Of a DNA stretch of 64,000 bases, positions 10,299-20,165 are shown piece after piece (the stretch's first letter is position 1; each line of letters begins with the position of its first letter). The notes below the pieces were generated by a model that was not told where the DNA came from, made no database searches, and saw only the letters and a program-made list of their open reading frames with translations. The DNA is from an uncultured Clostridia bacterium (GTDB lineage: Bacteria; Bacillota; Clostridia; Christensenellales; CAG-314), in contig CALVLA010000004.1 in NCBI GenBank assembly GCA_944336125.1, positions 12,784-76,783 of the forward strand. Reading direction: 5' to 3'. Both the position numbers and the translations under genes were made by a program.

Positions 10299-10552
10299 TA
10301 AAAAGCGCACTCGCAAGAGTGCGTTTTTTTTAAGTCCTCAAACATCGTTCTTTGACTTCATTTTTTGTTTAACAAAAGCGCACTCGCAAGAGTGCGTTTT
10401 TTTTAAGTCCTCAAACATCGTTCTGTGGTTTCATATTTTTGTTTAACAAAAGCGCACTCGCAAGAGTGCGTTTTTTTTAAGTCCTCAATCATCGTTCTGT
10501 GGCTTCATCTTTTACTCTTAACAAAAGCGCACTCTTTTGAGCGCGCTTTTTT
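10299..10552. repeat. Tandem ~74-bp repeat (3 units plus a variant 4th hairpin), each unit with a bidirectional terminator
   Basis: AAAAGCGCACTC-GCAA-GAGTGCG-T8-AAGTCCTCAAACATCGTTCT units start at 10301, 10374 and 10448; a variant hairpin starts at 10523. Confidence 0.93.
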
Positions 10553-10554
10553 CT

Positions 10555-11259
10555 TTACACCATTTTGGTAATTTCCTTTTTCAGCCGGAGAATAATTTTC
10601 TTTTCAAGCCTTGAAATATACGACTGCGAAATACCCATGAGGTCGGCTACTTCCTTTTGAGTGATTTCCTCCGCGCCGTCAAGGCCGAAACGCATTGACA
10701 CTATCTCCTGCTCGCGTTTTGAAAGTTTTGTGATTGCTTTTTTGAGCAAATCCCTTTCGACTCCGCATTCTATGTCGTTGTAAATCATATCGCTGTCGGT
10801 GCCCAACACGTCTCCCAGCAAAAGCTCGTTTCCGTCGCTGTCCACGTTAAGCGGTTCGTCAAGGCTTATCTCGAAGCGACGTCGCACGACTTTTCTCAAA
10901 TACATCAAAATTTCGTTTTCAATGCACCTGCTGGCGTATGTTGCCAACTTTATTTTTTTGTCGCTTTTGAAACTGTTTACCGCTTTGATAAGCCCTATCG
11001 TTCCCACAGAAATCAAATCCTCGATGTCAATTCCCGTGTTGTCAAATTTTTTGGCAATGTAGACGACAAGCCTCAAATTTCTTTCAATGAGCTGATTTTT
11101 AGCGTCGACGTCCCCTTTTTGAAAACGGCTGATAACCTCCTCCTCTTCGTCGGGAGTAAGCGGCTGCGGCAAAACTTCCGCTCCGCATATGTAACAAACG
11201 ATTTTTTCGTCGATAAAGTTAAGTTTCAAAAACTTTTTGAGCAAATTCAAAATTTTCAT
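10555..11259 (-). CDS. sigE: Sporulation sigma factor SigE (pro-sigma E)
   Basis: Pro-sequence; [46 protein letters not shown] and [12 protein letters not shown] motifs; directly downstream of spoIIGA. Confidence 0.93.
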   Translation of the reverse strand: MKILNLLKKFLKLNFIDEKIVCYICGAEVLPQPLTPDEEEEVISRFQKGDVDAKNQLIERNLRLVVYIAKKFDNTGIDIEDLISVGTIGLIKAVNSFKSDKKIKLATYASRCIENEILMYLRKVVRRRFEISLDEPLNVDSDGNELLLGDVLGTDSDMIYNDIECGVERDLLKKAITKLSKREQEIVSMRFGLDGAEEITQKEVADLMGISQSYISRLEKKIILRLKKEITKMV

Positions 11260-12104
11260 AAACCGCCTCCGATATCCATTTTTCCGTTCAAAAGCAAATC
11301 GAACTCGTCTTTTGCCGAAACCTTTTTGTCATAAACGCCAAGCACCGCGTCTGTTTTTTTGCCGTTGACCTCAAACACGTCGGGGCAAAATACAAACATT
11401 TTGTTTACCCCTCCCGCAACGGTGGAAAAAGAAAGGTAATGAGCGTTTTTGACGATTTTTTTGTCGTACAGCAGACTTTCGGCTACCTTTTGCTTTACCG
11501 TGTTTTTAAGCTCTTCCGAAAGAACTATTGCAACGGGAAAACCCGTTTTGTTGTCGGTAAGCCTGTTTCCGCTGTCGAGGAAACCTTTGAGCAAAAAACT
11601 TTCGCCGCCTATTTCAAGCCTCACGTCGAAGGTAAAACCCACGTCGTTTTTTTTCGCATTGAGGTAACAAACGAGGTTTTTGACAAGCAGGAAAAAAAAC
11701 AGGCCGCCCGCAAGAATGAGTGGGAACGCGCTTGCCGAAATTATGCTAAGGTCCTCCTGAACGGAAAAATCCGTTTTGGTAACGTAGTAAAAACCGAACA
11801 GCACACCGCCGAACAAAAAGGTCAACGCCCAAAACACCAAAAGGTTTTTGAAAAACTGCCCCTTTGATTTATATTTGGCAAGTATGCCCACTATACCCAA
11901 ACTCAAAAAAAGTTTGGTCAAAGTCGAAAACACAAATCCCGGCGAAAAAAGAGGCAGAACAATGGCGACAAACGAACCCAACAAATCGGCAAAAAACAGC
12001 CGCAGTTTTTTTAAATCGGTTTTGCATATTTTCACCGTAAAATAAAGCAACATGAAGTTGACCGAAAAGTTGCTTAAAAATACGTATTCGACGTACACCG
12101 TCAT
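11256..12104 (-). CDS. spoIIGA: Sigma-E processing peptidase SpoIIGA
   Basis: N-terminal TM block and the aspartic motif GFLDSGNRL; overlaps the sigE start. Confidence 0.88.
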   Translation of the reverse strand: MTVYVEYVFLSNFSVNFMLLYFTVKICKTDLKKLRLFFADLLGSFVAIVLPLFSPGFVFSTLTKLFLSLGIVGILAKYKSKGQFFKNLLVFWALTFLFGGVLFGFYYVTKTDFSVQEDLSIISASAFPLILAGGLFFFLLVKNLVCYLNAKKNDVGFTFDVRLEIGGESFLLKGFLDSGNRLTDNKTGFPVAIVLSEELKNTVKQKVAESLLYDKKIVKNAHYLSFSTVAGGVNKMFVFCPDVFEVNGKKTDAVLGVYDKKVSAKDEFDLLLNGKMDIGGGL

Positions 12105-12221
12105 AGGCATAATTTTAGCTTTGTCGTTTTGCCGCAAAAGGCTGAAAAAAGCTGCTTTTAAAGTTTTTTTGTCAAAAAAACAACCCGCACATCGCGGGTT
12201 GTTTTTTACAAAAGCGGTTTG

Positions 12222-12860
12222 TTAATTAATTTTAAGGTATTCACGGGGGGAAACGTGTTTACCGTCTTTTGTCATTTCAAAGTGAACGTGAGGACCTTCC
12301 TTAAATTCGAGGTAGCCGCTGTCGCTTGCCTCGCCGATTTTGTCGCCTTTCTTAACCTTGTCACCCTTTTTTACCGCAGGGTTTTCGGCAAGAGAAGAAT
12401 AAGTTGATTTAAGGCCCTGACCGTGGTCGATGACAATGGTAGTACCGTGTTCCGCGGTATTTGTTACGCTTTCGATAGTACCGTCGGCAACCGCGAGAAC
12501 GTCCTTGCTGTTTTTCACTACAAAGTCAATGCCCTTGTGGGTTGTCCACTCTTCCATAGTGGCCGAGTAAACAAAGTCGTCGCCCTCGGTGAAGTCCATC
12601 GAAATTGTGTATTCCGCAAGAGGGAGTCCCCATTCGATAGGGTCGGTATCGACGTCGGTATTGTCGCCGCCGTCATTGTCATTGTCGTTGTCGTTATCGG
12701 TATCGCCGCCGCCCACATCTATAATCGGGTCAGAAGGTTTGGTGCTTTCAACCACCACGATAGTCACGATGGCAAGCACGCAGGCGATAATGATAATAAG
12801 CGCCAGATTACGTTTAACGAAGTTTAAAAACCCGTTTTGTTTGTTAGTTTTTTCTGCCAT
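12222..12860 (-). CDS. M23 peptidase-domain protein (SpoIIQ-like)
   Basis: Single N-terminal TM, acidic DN-rich linker, HKGIDF and GPHVHFE motifs. Confidence 0.8.
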   Translation of the reverse strand: MAEKTNKQNGFLNFVKRNLALIIIIACVLAIVTIVVVESTKPSDPIIDVGGGDTDNDNDNDNDGGDNTDVDTDPIEWGLPLAEYTISMDFTEGDDFVYSATMEEWTTHKGIDFVVKNSKDVLAVADGTIESVTNTAEHGTTIVIDHGQGLKSTYSSLAENPAVKKGDKVKKGDKIGEASDSGYLEFKEGPHVHFEMTKDGKHVSPREYLKIN

Positions 12861-12920
12861 AATTTCCTCCGAATTTTTTGTACAGTGATTTTTGCCATAA
12901 AATTAATTTTTATACATTTT

Positions 12921-13367
12921 TTAAAAAGAACCCAAAATTACGGGAGTTCCCACGGTAATTATTCCTTCCGAAAAAGCCGTCTGAAAGTTGACATCACCCT
13001 CTTTGCCCTCTACGGTTTTTCCCAAACGGGAGGAAAATCCCTCTGCCACCATAACACCGTCGACGTCGTAAAAAACACAGTTTCCCAAAGAACGCGATAT
13101 ATTAACAAAGTCGTTTTCATCTCCGTAAAAACAAACGCTTTCGCCTATGACCTCGTCAAGTATCATCCGAAGGCTTTTTGCATAAGCGGCGTCGCATGAA
13201 ATTTCAAATACGCAGCCGTTTTTGACTACCGAGCAGTTTTCGTCGGATATCTTTTGAGTCGAGTAAAAAGTATATCTGCCGTCGAAATCAAGCCCCGAAG
13301 CTTGTTGAGAAGGAATATGTAAAAACAAAAGAATAAGCATTAAAAAGGAAAAACAAATTTTTTTCAT
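12921..13367 (-). CDS. YwmB-like secreted protein
   Basis: Signal peptide; C-terminal VNFQ..ITVGTPVI motif; position upstream of the spoIIQ-like gene. Confidence 0.55.
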   Translation of the reverse strand: MKKICFSFLMLILLFLHIPSQQASGLDFDGRYTFYSTQKISDENCSVVKNGCVFEISCDAAYAKSLRMILDEVIGESVCFYGDENDFVNISRSLGNCVFYDVDGVMVAEGFSSRLGKTVEGKEGDVNFQTAFSEGIITVGTPVILGSF

Positions 13368-13437
13368 AAAAAAACTCCCTGAATTTATTTTCAGAGAGTT
13401 TTGACAAAAAACAAAATTTTATACTTTAAAAAGCAAA

Positions 13438-14400
13438 TCAGTCGTAAAGTTTGCTTACCGGCAAGTCGCTGTAAACCCTTTCGATAGCTTCGGCAAACAA
13501 ATCTGCAACGGTAACGATTTTAATTTTAGGGGAACGTTTTTCCTCAGGAATTTCAATCGTATCGAGAACGACAACTTGTTTGAGAGGAGATTTTTCAATC
13601 CTCTCGATTGCAGGACCGCTCAAAACGCCGTGCGAGCAGCAAGCATAAACTTCCGCAGCGTTGCCTTTTTCGACGATTGCGGCAGCGCCCTGAGTGATTG
13701 TGCCTGCGGTATCGATCATATCGTCAATCATTATGCAGCGTTTACCCTCAACGTCGCCTATGATGTTCATGACTTCCATAACGTTAGCCTTAGGTCTGCG
13801 TTTGTCGACGATAGCGAGGCTTGCGTTAAATTTGGTGGCCATAAGTCTGCTTCTTGCTACGCTGCCCACGTCAGGCGAAACAACGACGATGTCATCGCTT
13901 TTGAGTCCTTGTCTTGTGAAGTAACGGGCAAGAACAGGCATACCGTAAAGGTTATCTACAGGAATATCGAAAAATCCCTGAACCTGACTTGAGTGCAAGT
14001 CCATGGTAAGCACTCTGTCTGCGCCTGCCTTTTCGAGGAGGTTAGCAACGAGTTTAGCGGAGATAGGGTCACGAGCCCTTGCTTTTCTGTCCTGACGAGC
14101 GTAACCGAAATAAGGAATAACTGCCGTAATTCTCGAAGCGGACGCGCGTCTGACGGCGTCAATCATAACGAGAAGTTCCATAAGGTTTTCGTTGACAGGC
14201 GAAGAAGTTGACTGGATAAGGAACACGTCGCAGCCCCTTACCGTTTCCTGAATATTGACGCTGACCTCGCCGTCGGAAAATCTGCCGACTTCCATATTAC
14301 CGAGAGGCAGTCCCAACTTGTCGGCTATTTTTTTAGCCAGCGATTTGTTTGAGTTACCGGAAAAGATTTTTACTTGACCGTGCGTACCATGCCCTACCAT
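13438..14400 (-). CDS. prs: Ribose-phosphate pyrophosphokinase
   Basis: [24 protein letters not shown] and DDMIDTAGT motifs. Confidence 0.97.
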   Translation of the reverse strand: MVGHGTHGQVKIFSGNSNKSLAKKIADKLGLPLGNMEVGRFSDGEVSVNIQETVRGCDVFLIQSTSSPVNENLMELLVMIDAVRRASASRITAVIPYFGYARQDRKARARDPISAKLVANLLEKAGADRVLTMDLHSSQVQGFFDIPVDNLYGMPVLARYFTRQGLKSDDIVVVSPDVGSVARSRLMATKFNASLAIVDKRRPKANVMEVMNIIGDVEGKRCIMIDDMIDTAGTITQGAAAIVEKGNAAEVYACCSHGVLSGPAIERIEKSPLKQVVVLDTIEIPEEKRSPKIKIVTVADLFAEAIERVYSDLPVSKLYD

Positions 14401-14503
14401 GATTTATCCCCCGTGAAAAACTTTTGACACAAAATTGTCATAAATATTTTACAACGGTAAGCGAGGCAAGTCAACAAAAAAGGCAACCGAAGTTGCCAAT
14501 TTG

Positions 14504-14662
14504 TTATTTTGTGATGTCAGCCTCGTAATCGTAGCAGTAATGAGCGGTAGGAGCGGCCACCGAGTTTACGACTGTGATGGAATCCAGCACACAGCAAGAG
14601 TTTTTGCAGTCGTGATGTTTGCAGTTTTTGACGTTGCAGTTGATTTTTTGATTTTTTTCCAT
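14504..14662 (-). CDS. Small Cys-rich DUF1540-like protein (52 aa)
   Basis: MEKNQKINCNVKNCKHHD..C...C..YE pattern after a GGAGG RBS; it is the 3' part of track ORF 14504..15073. Confidence 0.75.
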   Translation of the reverse strand: MEKNQKINCNVKNCKHHDCKNSCCVLDSITVVNSVAAPTAHYCYDYEADITK

Positions 14663-14762
14663 AATATACCTCCGCAGATATTGTGTACAAGAAAAATAAA
14701 TATATACCCTCGTTGACAAAAAAGGCGCAGTCGTTATAAAATAACGCAAAGGAAGTGAAAAA

Positions 14763-15209
14763 ATGAAAGTAATACTTTTGAAAGACGTAAAAGCACAGGG
14801 AAAGAAAGGCGACGTAATAGAAGTAAGCGACGGATACGCAAAAAACTTTTTGTTGAAGCAGGGATTGGCGCAGGTAGCAAACGTTGACAATATGAACAGT
14901 CTGACGATAAAAAACGCTGCGGTTGCAAGGCAAAAGGCATTGGAAAAGCAGGCGGCGCAGGAACTTGCGGAAAAACTTAACGGAAAAACGGTAACCGTTG
15001 AGGTAAAAACCGGCGAAAACGGAAAAATTTTCGGAAGCGTGACGGCGAAAGAAATTGCGGAAGCTTTTGTCAAAGCGGGCTACTCGGTAGACAAAAAGCA
15101 AATCGTGCTTAAAGAAGGCATAAAAAACATCGGTGAGTTTAAACTTACGGTAAAGGTTTATCCCGAAATCAGCGCAACGTGCTACGTGAAAGTAGTTCCC
15201 AACGCGTAA
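14763..15209 (+). CDS. rplI: 50S ribosomal protein L9
   Basis: [27 protein letters not shown] and GKIFGSVT motifs. Confidence 0.97.
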   Translation: MKVILLKDVKAQGKKGDVIEVSDGYAKNFLLKQGLAQVANVDNMNSLTIKNAAVARQKALEKQAAQELAEKLNGKTVTVEVKTGENGKIFGSVTAKEIAEAFVKAGYSVDKKQIVLKEGIKNIGEFKLTVKVYPEISATCYVKVVPNA

Positions 15210-15217
15210 AATTTGGC

Positions 15218-15248
15218 GGCAGGCGTTTGACAAAACGTCTGCCCTTTT
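15218..15248 (+). terminator. rplI terminator hairpin overlapping the -35 of the next promoter
   Basis: GGCAGGCGTTT-GACA-AAACGTCTGCC-CTTTT; TTGACA (15227) lies in the loop and TAAAAT at 15251. Confidence 0.7.
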
Positions 15249-15261
15249 GATAAAATAACGC

Positions 15262-15385
15262 GGTAATAAAAGGGAGTAGTAAGCGTAAATTACGCGGTTT
15301 GGTCGTCATCACGTAGAAATACCGGTCAAACCTTAAAAAGCGAGACTTTTGTTGCGACATTGTCGCGGCGGAAGTCTTTTTTTTG
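15262..15385 (+). promoter_or_regulatory. yybP-ykoY (Mn2+) riboswitch with terminator
   Basis: AAAGGGAGTAG...TCGTCATCAC...GCGAGAC signature, then AGACTT..AAGTCT plus a T-run before the RBS. Confidence 0.82.
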
Positions 15386-15403
15386 CTGAAAAGGAGTGTA
15401 GTT

Positions 15404-16333
15404 GTGGAATATTTACTTTTAATCGTAGGCTTCGCACTTCTGATAAAAGGTGCCGACTATTTTGTCGAAGGCAGCTCTGACATAGCGCGATTTTTAAAAA
15501 TCCCCTCTGTAATCATAGGGCTCACCATAGTGTCCATGGGAACAAGCGCGCCAGAAGCAGCCGTCAGCATAACGGCGGGACTTACCGGAAACAATGACAT
15601 CGCATTGGGAAACATCATCGGCTCAAACATATTCAACCTGCTTGTAGTAGTAGGCGTGTGTGCCGCGATAAGAGTGTTTAAAGTTGACGACACGATTTTC
15701 AAGCGTGATTTTCCTATATGCATAGGCATCACGGTACTTCTCATGCTGCTGGCTTTTGACGGAAGCATAGCTCTTGCGGACGGCATCATATTGCTTGCGC
15801 TGTTTGTAGGCTACATCGCGCTCACCGTGGCACTTGCAATGAAAAAAAGAAAACGCGGCGAAACCGAAGTGGAAATGAAAAAACGCAAGCCTTTATTAAG
15901 CGTGATATTCATTATAGCCGGACTTGCGGCGGTAATTTTCGGCGGCGACCTGGTAGTCGACAACGCAGTAAAAATCGCAATCAACCTCGGTATGAGTCAG
16001 TCGCTTGTGGCAATGACGATAGTCGCGGTAGGCACCTCTCTGCCTGAACTTGTAACGTCAATCACAGCCGCAAGAAAAGGCGACAGCGGACTGGCGTTGG
16101 GAAACGTGGTAGGTTCAAATATATTCAACATACTGTTTATTTTGGGCATGTCCTCCGCCCTTCACCCTATCTCTGTTTCTGCGCAGGCACTCACCGACAT
16201 TTATTTCTGCCTCGGAGCAACGGCGGCATTTTACATCGCATGCTTCAACAAGGAAAGAAAAGTCGGCAGGTTCCTCGGCGTCGTCTGCGTTCTCGTTTAC
16301 GTTGCCTACACAATCATGCTCATCATGAGGTAA
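15404..16333 (+). CDS. CaCA family calcium/sodium antiporter (YrbG-like)
   Basis: Two alpha repeats, GTSAPE..GNIIGSNIFN and GTSLPE..GNVVGSNIFN; GTG start after AAGGAG. Confidence 0.9.
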   Translation: MEYLLLIVGFALLIKGADYFVEGSSDIARFLKIPSVIIGLTIVSMGTSAPEAAVSITAGLTGNNDIALGNIIGSNIFNLLVVVGVCAAIRVFKVDDTIFKRDFPICIGITVLLMLLAFDGSIALADGIILLALFVGYIALTVALAMKKRKRGETEVEMKKRKPLLSVIFIIAGLAAVIFGGDLVVDNAVKIAINLGMSQSLVAMTIVAVGTSLPELVTSITAARKGDSGLALGNVVGSNIFNILFILGMSSALHPISVSAQALTDIYFCLGATAAFYIACFNKERKVGRFLGVVCVLVYVAYTIMLIMR

Positions 16334-16371
16334 AACAAAAAAAAGAAAAGACGCTTTTCAAGCGTCTTTTT

Positions 16372-16998
16372 TTATTGCGTTTTTTCATTGTCTGTCAAAG
16401 AAAACTCACAGCCGCAGTATTCCTGACGGTAAAGTCCGTACTTTTTGCTAAGTTCCACCGACTGCTTGTAGCCCTCCCGCTTTTTAAAGTCGGAAAACAA
16501 AAATTTGACTTTATGTTTGTTTTGAAGTTTTTCTCCTATAGAGTTTATTAACTCAGCGTTTTTGTGAGGGCTTACGGTAAGCGTAGTGCCGAAAAAATCA
16601 AATCCCTTTTCGGCGGCATATTCCGCCGTCTTTTCAAGGCGAAGCAAAAAGCATTTTTCGCACCTTGCTCCCCCTTCCCTTTCCTTTTCAAAACCCTCTG
16701 CCGCTTTCAAAAATTCCTCGTGACGGTATCCCGCGTCGATAATTTTTATCGAGTTTGCCGACGGCATTTTTTCTTTTAGGGCAAACACCTGCTCAAGCCT
16801 TAAAAAATACTCGCTTTCGGGATATATGTTTGAATTGCAGAAAAAAACCGTTACGTCAAAAAACTCGGCAAGATAGTTTATCACATAGCTGCCGCAAGGA
16901 CCGCAGCAAGCCTGCAACAACAGTTTCGGCTTGTACGGCAGGTTTTTAATTTCCTCGACGGTTTTGTCGGTGAGTTTTTGAAAATTGATTTTTTGCAT
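16372..16998 (-). CDS. queH: Epoxyqueuosine reductase QueH
   Basis: LLQACCGPC, NSNIYP, RCEKC and YRQEYCGC motifs. Confidence 0.9.
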   Translation of the reverse strand: MQKINFQKLTDKTVEEIKNLPYKPKLLLQACCGPCGSYVINYLAEFFDVTVFFCNSNIYPESEYFLRLEQVFALKEKMPSANSIKIIDAGYRHEEFLKAAEGFEKEREGGARCEKCFLLRLEKTAEYAAEKGFDFFGTTLTVSPHKNAELINSIGEKLQNKHKVKFLFSDFKKREGYKQSVELSKKYGLYRQEYCGCEFSLTDNEKTQ

Positions 16999-17067
16999 AA
17001 CAGAATATTAACACAAAACAAAAAACACCGCAACATGCGGTGTTTTTGCATAGGCTTTTTGGCCCTA

Positions 17068-17442
17068 TTATTTCATTTCAACTTCAGCGCCTGCAGCTTT
17101 GAGTTTTTCTACGATTTCAGTAGCAACTTCTTTGCTGACAGCTTCTTTAACTTTGCTTGGAGTTTTGTCAACCATGTTTTTAGCTTCCATAAGACCAAGA
17201 CCGGTGAGTTCTCTGACAACTTTGATAACTTCGATTTTCTTAGCGCCTGCGTTGTTGAGAATAACGTCAAATTCAGATTTTTCTTCAGCAGCAGGAGCAG
17301 CTTCACCGGCACCTGCAGCAGGACCTGCAACAACTGCAGCAGCTGCGCTTACGCCGAATTCTTCTTCGATAGCTTTAACCAACTCGTTGAGTTCGAGTAC
17401 AGACATACCTTTAATATCTTCGATAAATTGTTTGATATCCAT
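17068..17442 (-). CDS. rplL: 50S ribosomal protein L7/L12
   Basis: [10 protein letters not shown] and [16 protein letters not shown] motifs. Confidence 0.98.
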   Translation of the reverse strand: MDIKQFIEDIKGMSVLELNELVKAIEEEFGVSAAAAVVAGPAAGAGEAAPAAEEKSEFDVILNNAGAKKIEVIKVVRELTGLGLMEAKNMVDKTPSKVKEAVSKEVATEIVEKLKAAGAEVEMK

Positions 17443-17467
17443 TTTAATTTCTCCTTGTAATTATTGA

Positions 17468-17956
17468 TTATTGAGCCTTTTTGGCAATTTCGTTGAGAGC
17501 AACAGCAAGACCTCTGACAGGTGCTTGGAGTACGCTCAGGAGCATTGCAAGCAAAGTTTCCTTGTTAGGAACTTTAGCCAATGCGTTGACGGTAGCTTCG
17601 TCGACGAATTTTTTGTCGAGCATACCGCATTTAATTTGCATTTTGTTGAGCTTTTTGATACTGTTTACTGCAATCTTTGAAGGAGCGATTGCGTCGTCGT
17701 AAGAAAAAGCAATAGCTGTAGGACCGTTGAGAGCCTCGTCGAAATCGTGATAGCCGAGTTCGTTGAGCGCGATTTTGACCAAAGTGTTTTTGAGGACTTT
17801 GTATTCGACTTTAGCGCTTCTGAAATCGTTACGCAAAGCGGTATCCTCAGCCACAGTCAAACCTTTGTAATCGATGATGACAAAAGAAGCGGCTCTTTCA
17901 ATTCTGTCTTTGATTTGGTCCACAACTTCTCTTTTAGCAAGTTTGTTAGCGTTCAA
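17468..17956 (-). CDS. rplJ: 50S ribosomal protein L10
   Basis: TTG start after AGGAGG; DYKGLTV, KVLKNTL and GPTAIAF motifs. Confidence 0.95.
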   Translation of the reverse strand: MNANKLAKREVVDQIKDRIERAASFVIIDYKGLTVAEDTALRNDFRSAKVEYKVLKNTLVKIALNELGYHDFDEALNGPTAIAFSYDDAIAPSKIAVNSIKKLNKMQIKCGMLDKKFVDEATVNALAKVPNKETLLAMLLSVLQAPVRGLAVALNEIAKKAQ

Positions 17957-17989
17957 AAGAAAAACCTCCTTTATAATTTTTTTTGCGGA

Positions 17990-18125
17990 TTTGAAAAAAC
18001 TCATTTCCGCGATATAAAGAAGCCCTTGTACTAAGGCACAAGGGAAACAAAACGAAACGTTTGAATCTTTGTACCTCGGCAAGATTTAACCCGAAGGACT
18101 TGCTGTCTATGGTCAAAGGGCTTTT
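17990..18125 (-). promoter_or_regulatory. L10 ribosomal leader
   Basis: AGACAGCAAG..CTTGCCGAGG kink-turn stem followed by a CCCTTGT..ACAAGGG attenuator hairpin upstream of rplJ. Confidence 0.8.
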
Positions 18126-18144
18126 TATTTTTTTAAGGGCAAAC

Positions 18145-18828
18145 TCAGTTAGCTCTGTAGTTAACTTTGATGCCGGGGCCCATCGTCGAAGCGATGGCAA
18201 CGCTCTTGAGGTAAGTACCTTTCGCAGCGGCAGGTTTAGCCTTTACGATAGCTTCCATGATAGCGTTGAAGTTTTCCTGAAGTTTTTCAGGGCCGAAGCT
18301 CTTTTTGCCGAAAATAACGTGGATAACGGCGGTTTTGTCAAGTCTGTATTCGACTTTACCTGCTTTGGCGTCTTTGATAGCACGTGTAACGTCCATTGTT
18401 ACGGTACCGCTCTTAGGGTTAGGCATGAGGCCTTTAGGTCCCAGAATCCTAGCGATTCTGCCGACAACACCCATCATGTCAGGGGTTGTGATGCAGACGT
18501 CAAAACCAAACCAGTTTTCGTTTTGGATTTTAGCGATGATTTCTTCAGCGCCTACGAAATCCGCGCCGGCAGCAGCAGCTTCGTCTGCTTTTGCGCCTTT
18601 TGCGATAACGAGAACTTTAAGGTCGCGGCCTGTGCCGTGAGGCAAAACCAAAACTCCGCGGACTTGCTGGTCAGCTTGTTTAGGGTCAACGCCGAGTTTT
18701 ACGTGAAGTTCCATAGTTTCGTCAAACTTAGCTTTAGCAAGTTCGCAAGCAAGTTTGATAGCTTCGTTCGCCTCGTAAGCGGTGTTGTTTACCTGCTTAG
18801 CGGCGTCAATATATCTTTTACCTTTCAT
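18145..18828 (-). CDS. rplA: 50S ribosomal protein L1
   Basis: [15 protein letters not shown] and [11 protein letters not shown] motifs. Confidence 0.98.
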   Translation of the reverse strand: MKGKRYIDAAKQVNNTAYEANEAIKLACELAKAKFDETMELHVKLGVDPKQADQQVRGVLVLPHGTGRDLKVLVIAKGAKADEAAAAGADFVGAEEIIAKIQNENWFGFDVCITTPDMMGVVGRIARILGPKGLMPNPKSGTVTMDVTRAIKDAKAGKVEYRLDKTAVIHVIFGKKSFGPEKLQENFNAIMEAIVKAKPAAAKGTYLKSVAIASTMGPGIKVNYRAN

Positions 18829-18840
18829 TAATTACCTCCC

Positions 18841-18874
18841 GTGGTACAAACGAATTTGAACCAAACTCTCCCAC
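18841..18874 (-). promoter_or_regulatory. L1-binding leader site upstream of rplA
   Basis: GTGGGAG...ACCAC stem directly before the GGGAGG RBS. Confidence 0.65.
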
Positions 18875-19300
18875 TTAGTCTACGACAACAACACCCATGC
18901 TGCGTGCCGTACCGGCAATCATGCTGCAAGCTGCTTCGAGAGAAGCGGCGTTGAGGTCTTGCATTTTAGTTTTAGCGATTTCTTCAACTTGCGCTTTGGT
19001 GATTTTAGCGACTTTGTCAGCGTTAGGTCTAGCCGAGCCGCTGTTGATGTTGCAAGCTTTTTTGATAAGAACAGGAGCAGGCGGAGTTTTAAGGATAAAT
19101 GTGAAAGACCTGTCTTGATAAATAGTGATAACGACAGGGATGATAAGACCTTCCTGACCCTGAGTTTTAGCGTTAAATTCCTTGGTGAAGCCCGGGATGT
19201 TGATACCGTGAGGTCCCAAAGACGAACCTACAGGAGGGCCCGGAGTCGCCTTGCCGGCAGGCAATTGTAATTTAACGACTGCAGTTACTTTTTTAGCCAT
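18875..19300 (-). CDS. rplK: 50S ribosomal protein L11
   Basis: [16 protein letters not shown] motif; start MAKKV follows AAGGAG. Confidence 0.98.
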   Translation of the reverse strand: MAKKVTAVVKLQLPAGKATPGPPVGSSLGPHGINIPGFTKEFNAKTQGQEGLIIPVVITIYQDRSFTFILKTPPAPVLIKKACNINSGSARPNADKVAKITKAQVEEIAKTKMQDLNAASLEAACSMIAGTARSMGVVVVD

Positions 19301-19316
19301 GGTAAATATCTCCTTC

Positions 19317-19358
19317 GTGGTTTGACGAAAAACGGCTGAGAATTTGTTTTTCTCCCAC
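19317..19358 (-). promoter_or_regulatory. Second putative L1-binding site upstream of rplK
   Basis: The same GTGGGAG...ACCAC motif directly before GAAGGAG. Confidence 0.55.
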
Positions 19359-19395
19359 ATATTTGATTACGCCATAAAAAGCGTAAAACACAAAA

Positions 19396-19911
19396 TTAAA
19401 CAGCTTCCACCTGAACGAAATCCATGTCGATGGTGGTTTCTCTGCCGAACATAGAGACGGCAACGCTGACTTTCTGTTTGGATTGATCGATAGTTTTGAT
19501 GGTGCCGACTTGTCCCTCGAAAGGACCTGAAATAATACGCGCAAAATCGCCGACGTTAAGTTTAAAGTCGGTTACGACGGTTTCGAGACGCAATCTTTTC
19601 ACTTCCTCGTCGGAAAGAGGCAAAGCTTTGCCCTGAGGACCTACAAATCCGGTAACTCCTCTGGTGTTGGTAATGAGATACCAAATCTGGGAAGAATATC
19701 TCAGTTTGATATAAACGTAGCAAGGCATAATTTTCGTCTGCACCACTTTTTTCTTGCCGTTGCGTTCCTCAACGGTGCTGTCGACAAGAATTTTGATGTC
19801 GAAAATTTCATCCTGCAGATGGTTGTTTTCAATCATCTGCTCGATGTTGGCCTTGACCAAATCTTCATACCCCGAATAGGTATGAATGACGTACCATTTA
19901 GCTTCTTCCAT
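19396..19911 (-). CDS. nusG: Transcription factor NusG
   Basis: WYVIHTYSGYE, TRGVTGFVG and the KOW motif GPFEGQVG. Confidence 0.97.
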   Translation of the reverse strand: MEEAKWYVIHTYSGYEDLVKANIEQMIENNHLQDEIFDIKILVDSTVEERNGKKKVVQTKIMPCYVYIKLRYSSQIWYLITNTRGVTGFVGPQGKALPLSDEEVKRLRLETVVTDFKLNVGDFARIISGPFEGQVGTIKTIDQSKQKVSVAVSMFGRETTIDMDFVQVEAV

Positions 19912-19914
19912 TTA

Positions 19915-20148
19915 TTACGCTCCGACAGAAGTCAACAGAGACAAAAGCCAGCTGAACAACAAGTCAGCGAGACCGATTGCGATCAAAAAGAACAATACGA
20001 CCACCAAAACGATACCGAGGTTTTTGAAAACGGTACCTGCGCTCGGCCATGAAACCTTTTTGAATTCAGCCCAGCTTCTGGAGAACCAAGCCCCCATTCT
20101 TTTGAAGATATTGGGTTTTTTCTTTTTAGCTTGTTGTTGAGACGCCAT
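19915..20148 (-). CDS. secE: Preprotein translocase SecE
   Basis: EFKKVSWP plus one TM; synteny between rpmG and nusG. Confidence 0.92.
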   Translation of the reverse strand: MASQQQAKKKKPNIFKRMGAWFSRSWAEFKKVSWPSAGTVFKNLGIVLVVVLFFLIAIGLADLLFSWLLSLLTSVGA

Positions 20149-20165
20149 AAAATACCTCGCAAACC

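Noticed and set aside
10299-10552. Possible mini-CRISPR array behind the SRP RNA
   Set aside because: The variable segments are homologous to each other and no cas genes are adjacent; kept as a tandem repeat finding instead.
12660-12712. GTCATT/GTCGTT microrepeat
   Set aside because: Encodes the ordinary acidic DN linker of the SpoIIQ-like protein.
14504-15233. Long minus-strand ORFs of 189 and 238 aa overlapping rplI
   Set aside because: Antisense shadows; only the last 52 codons (DUF1540-like) have an RBS and a family motif.
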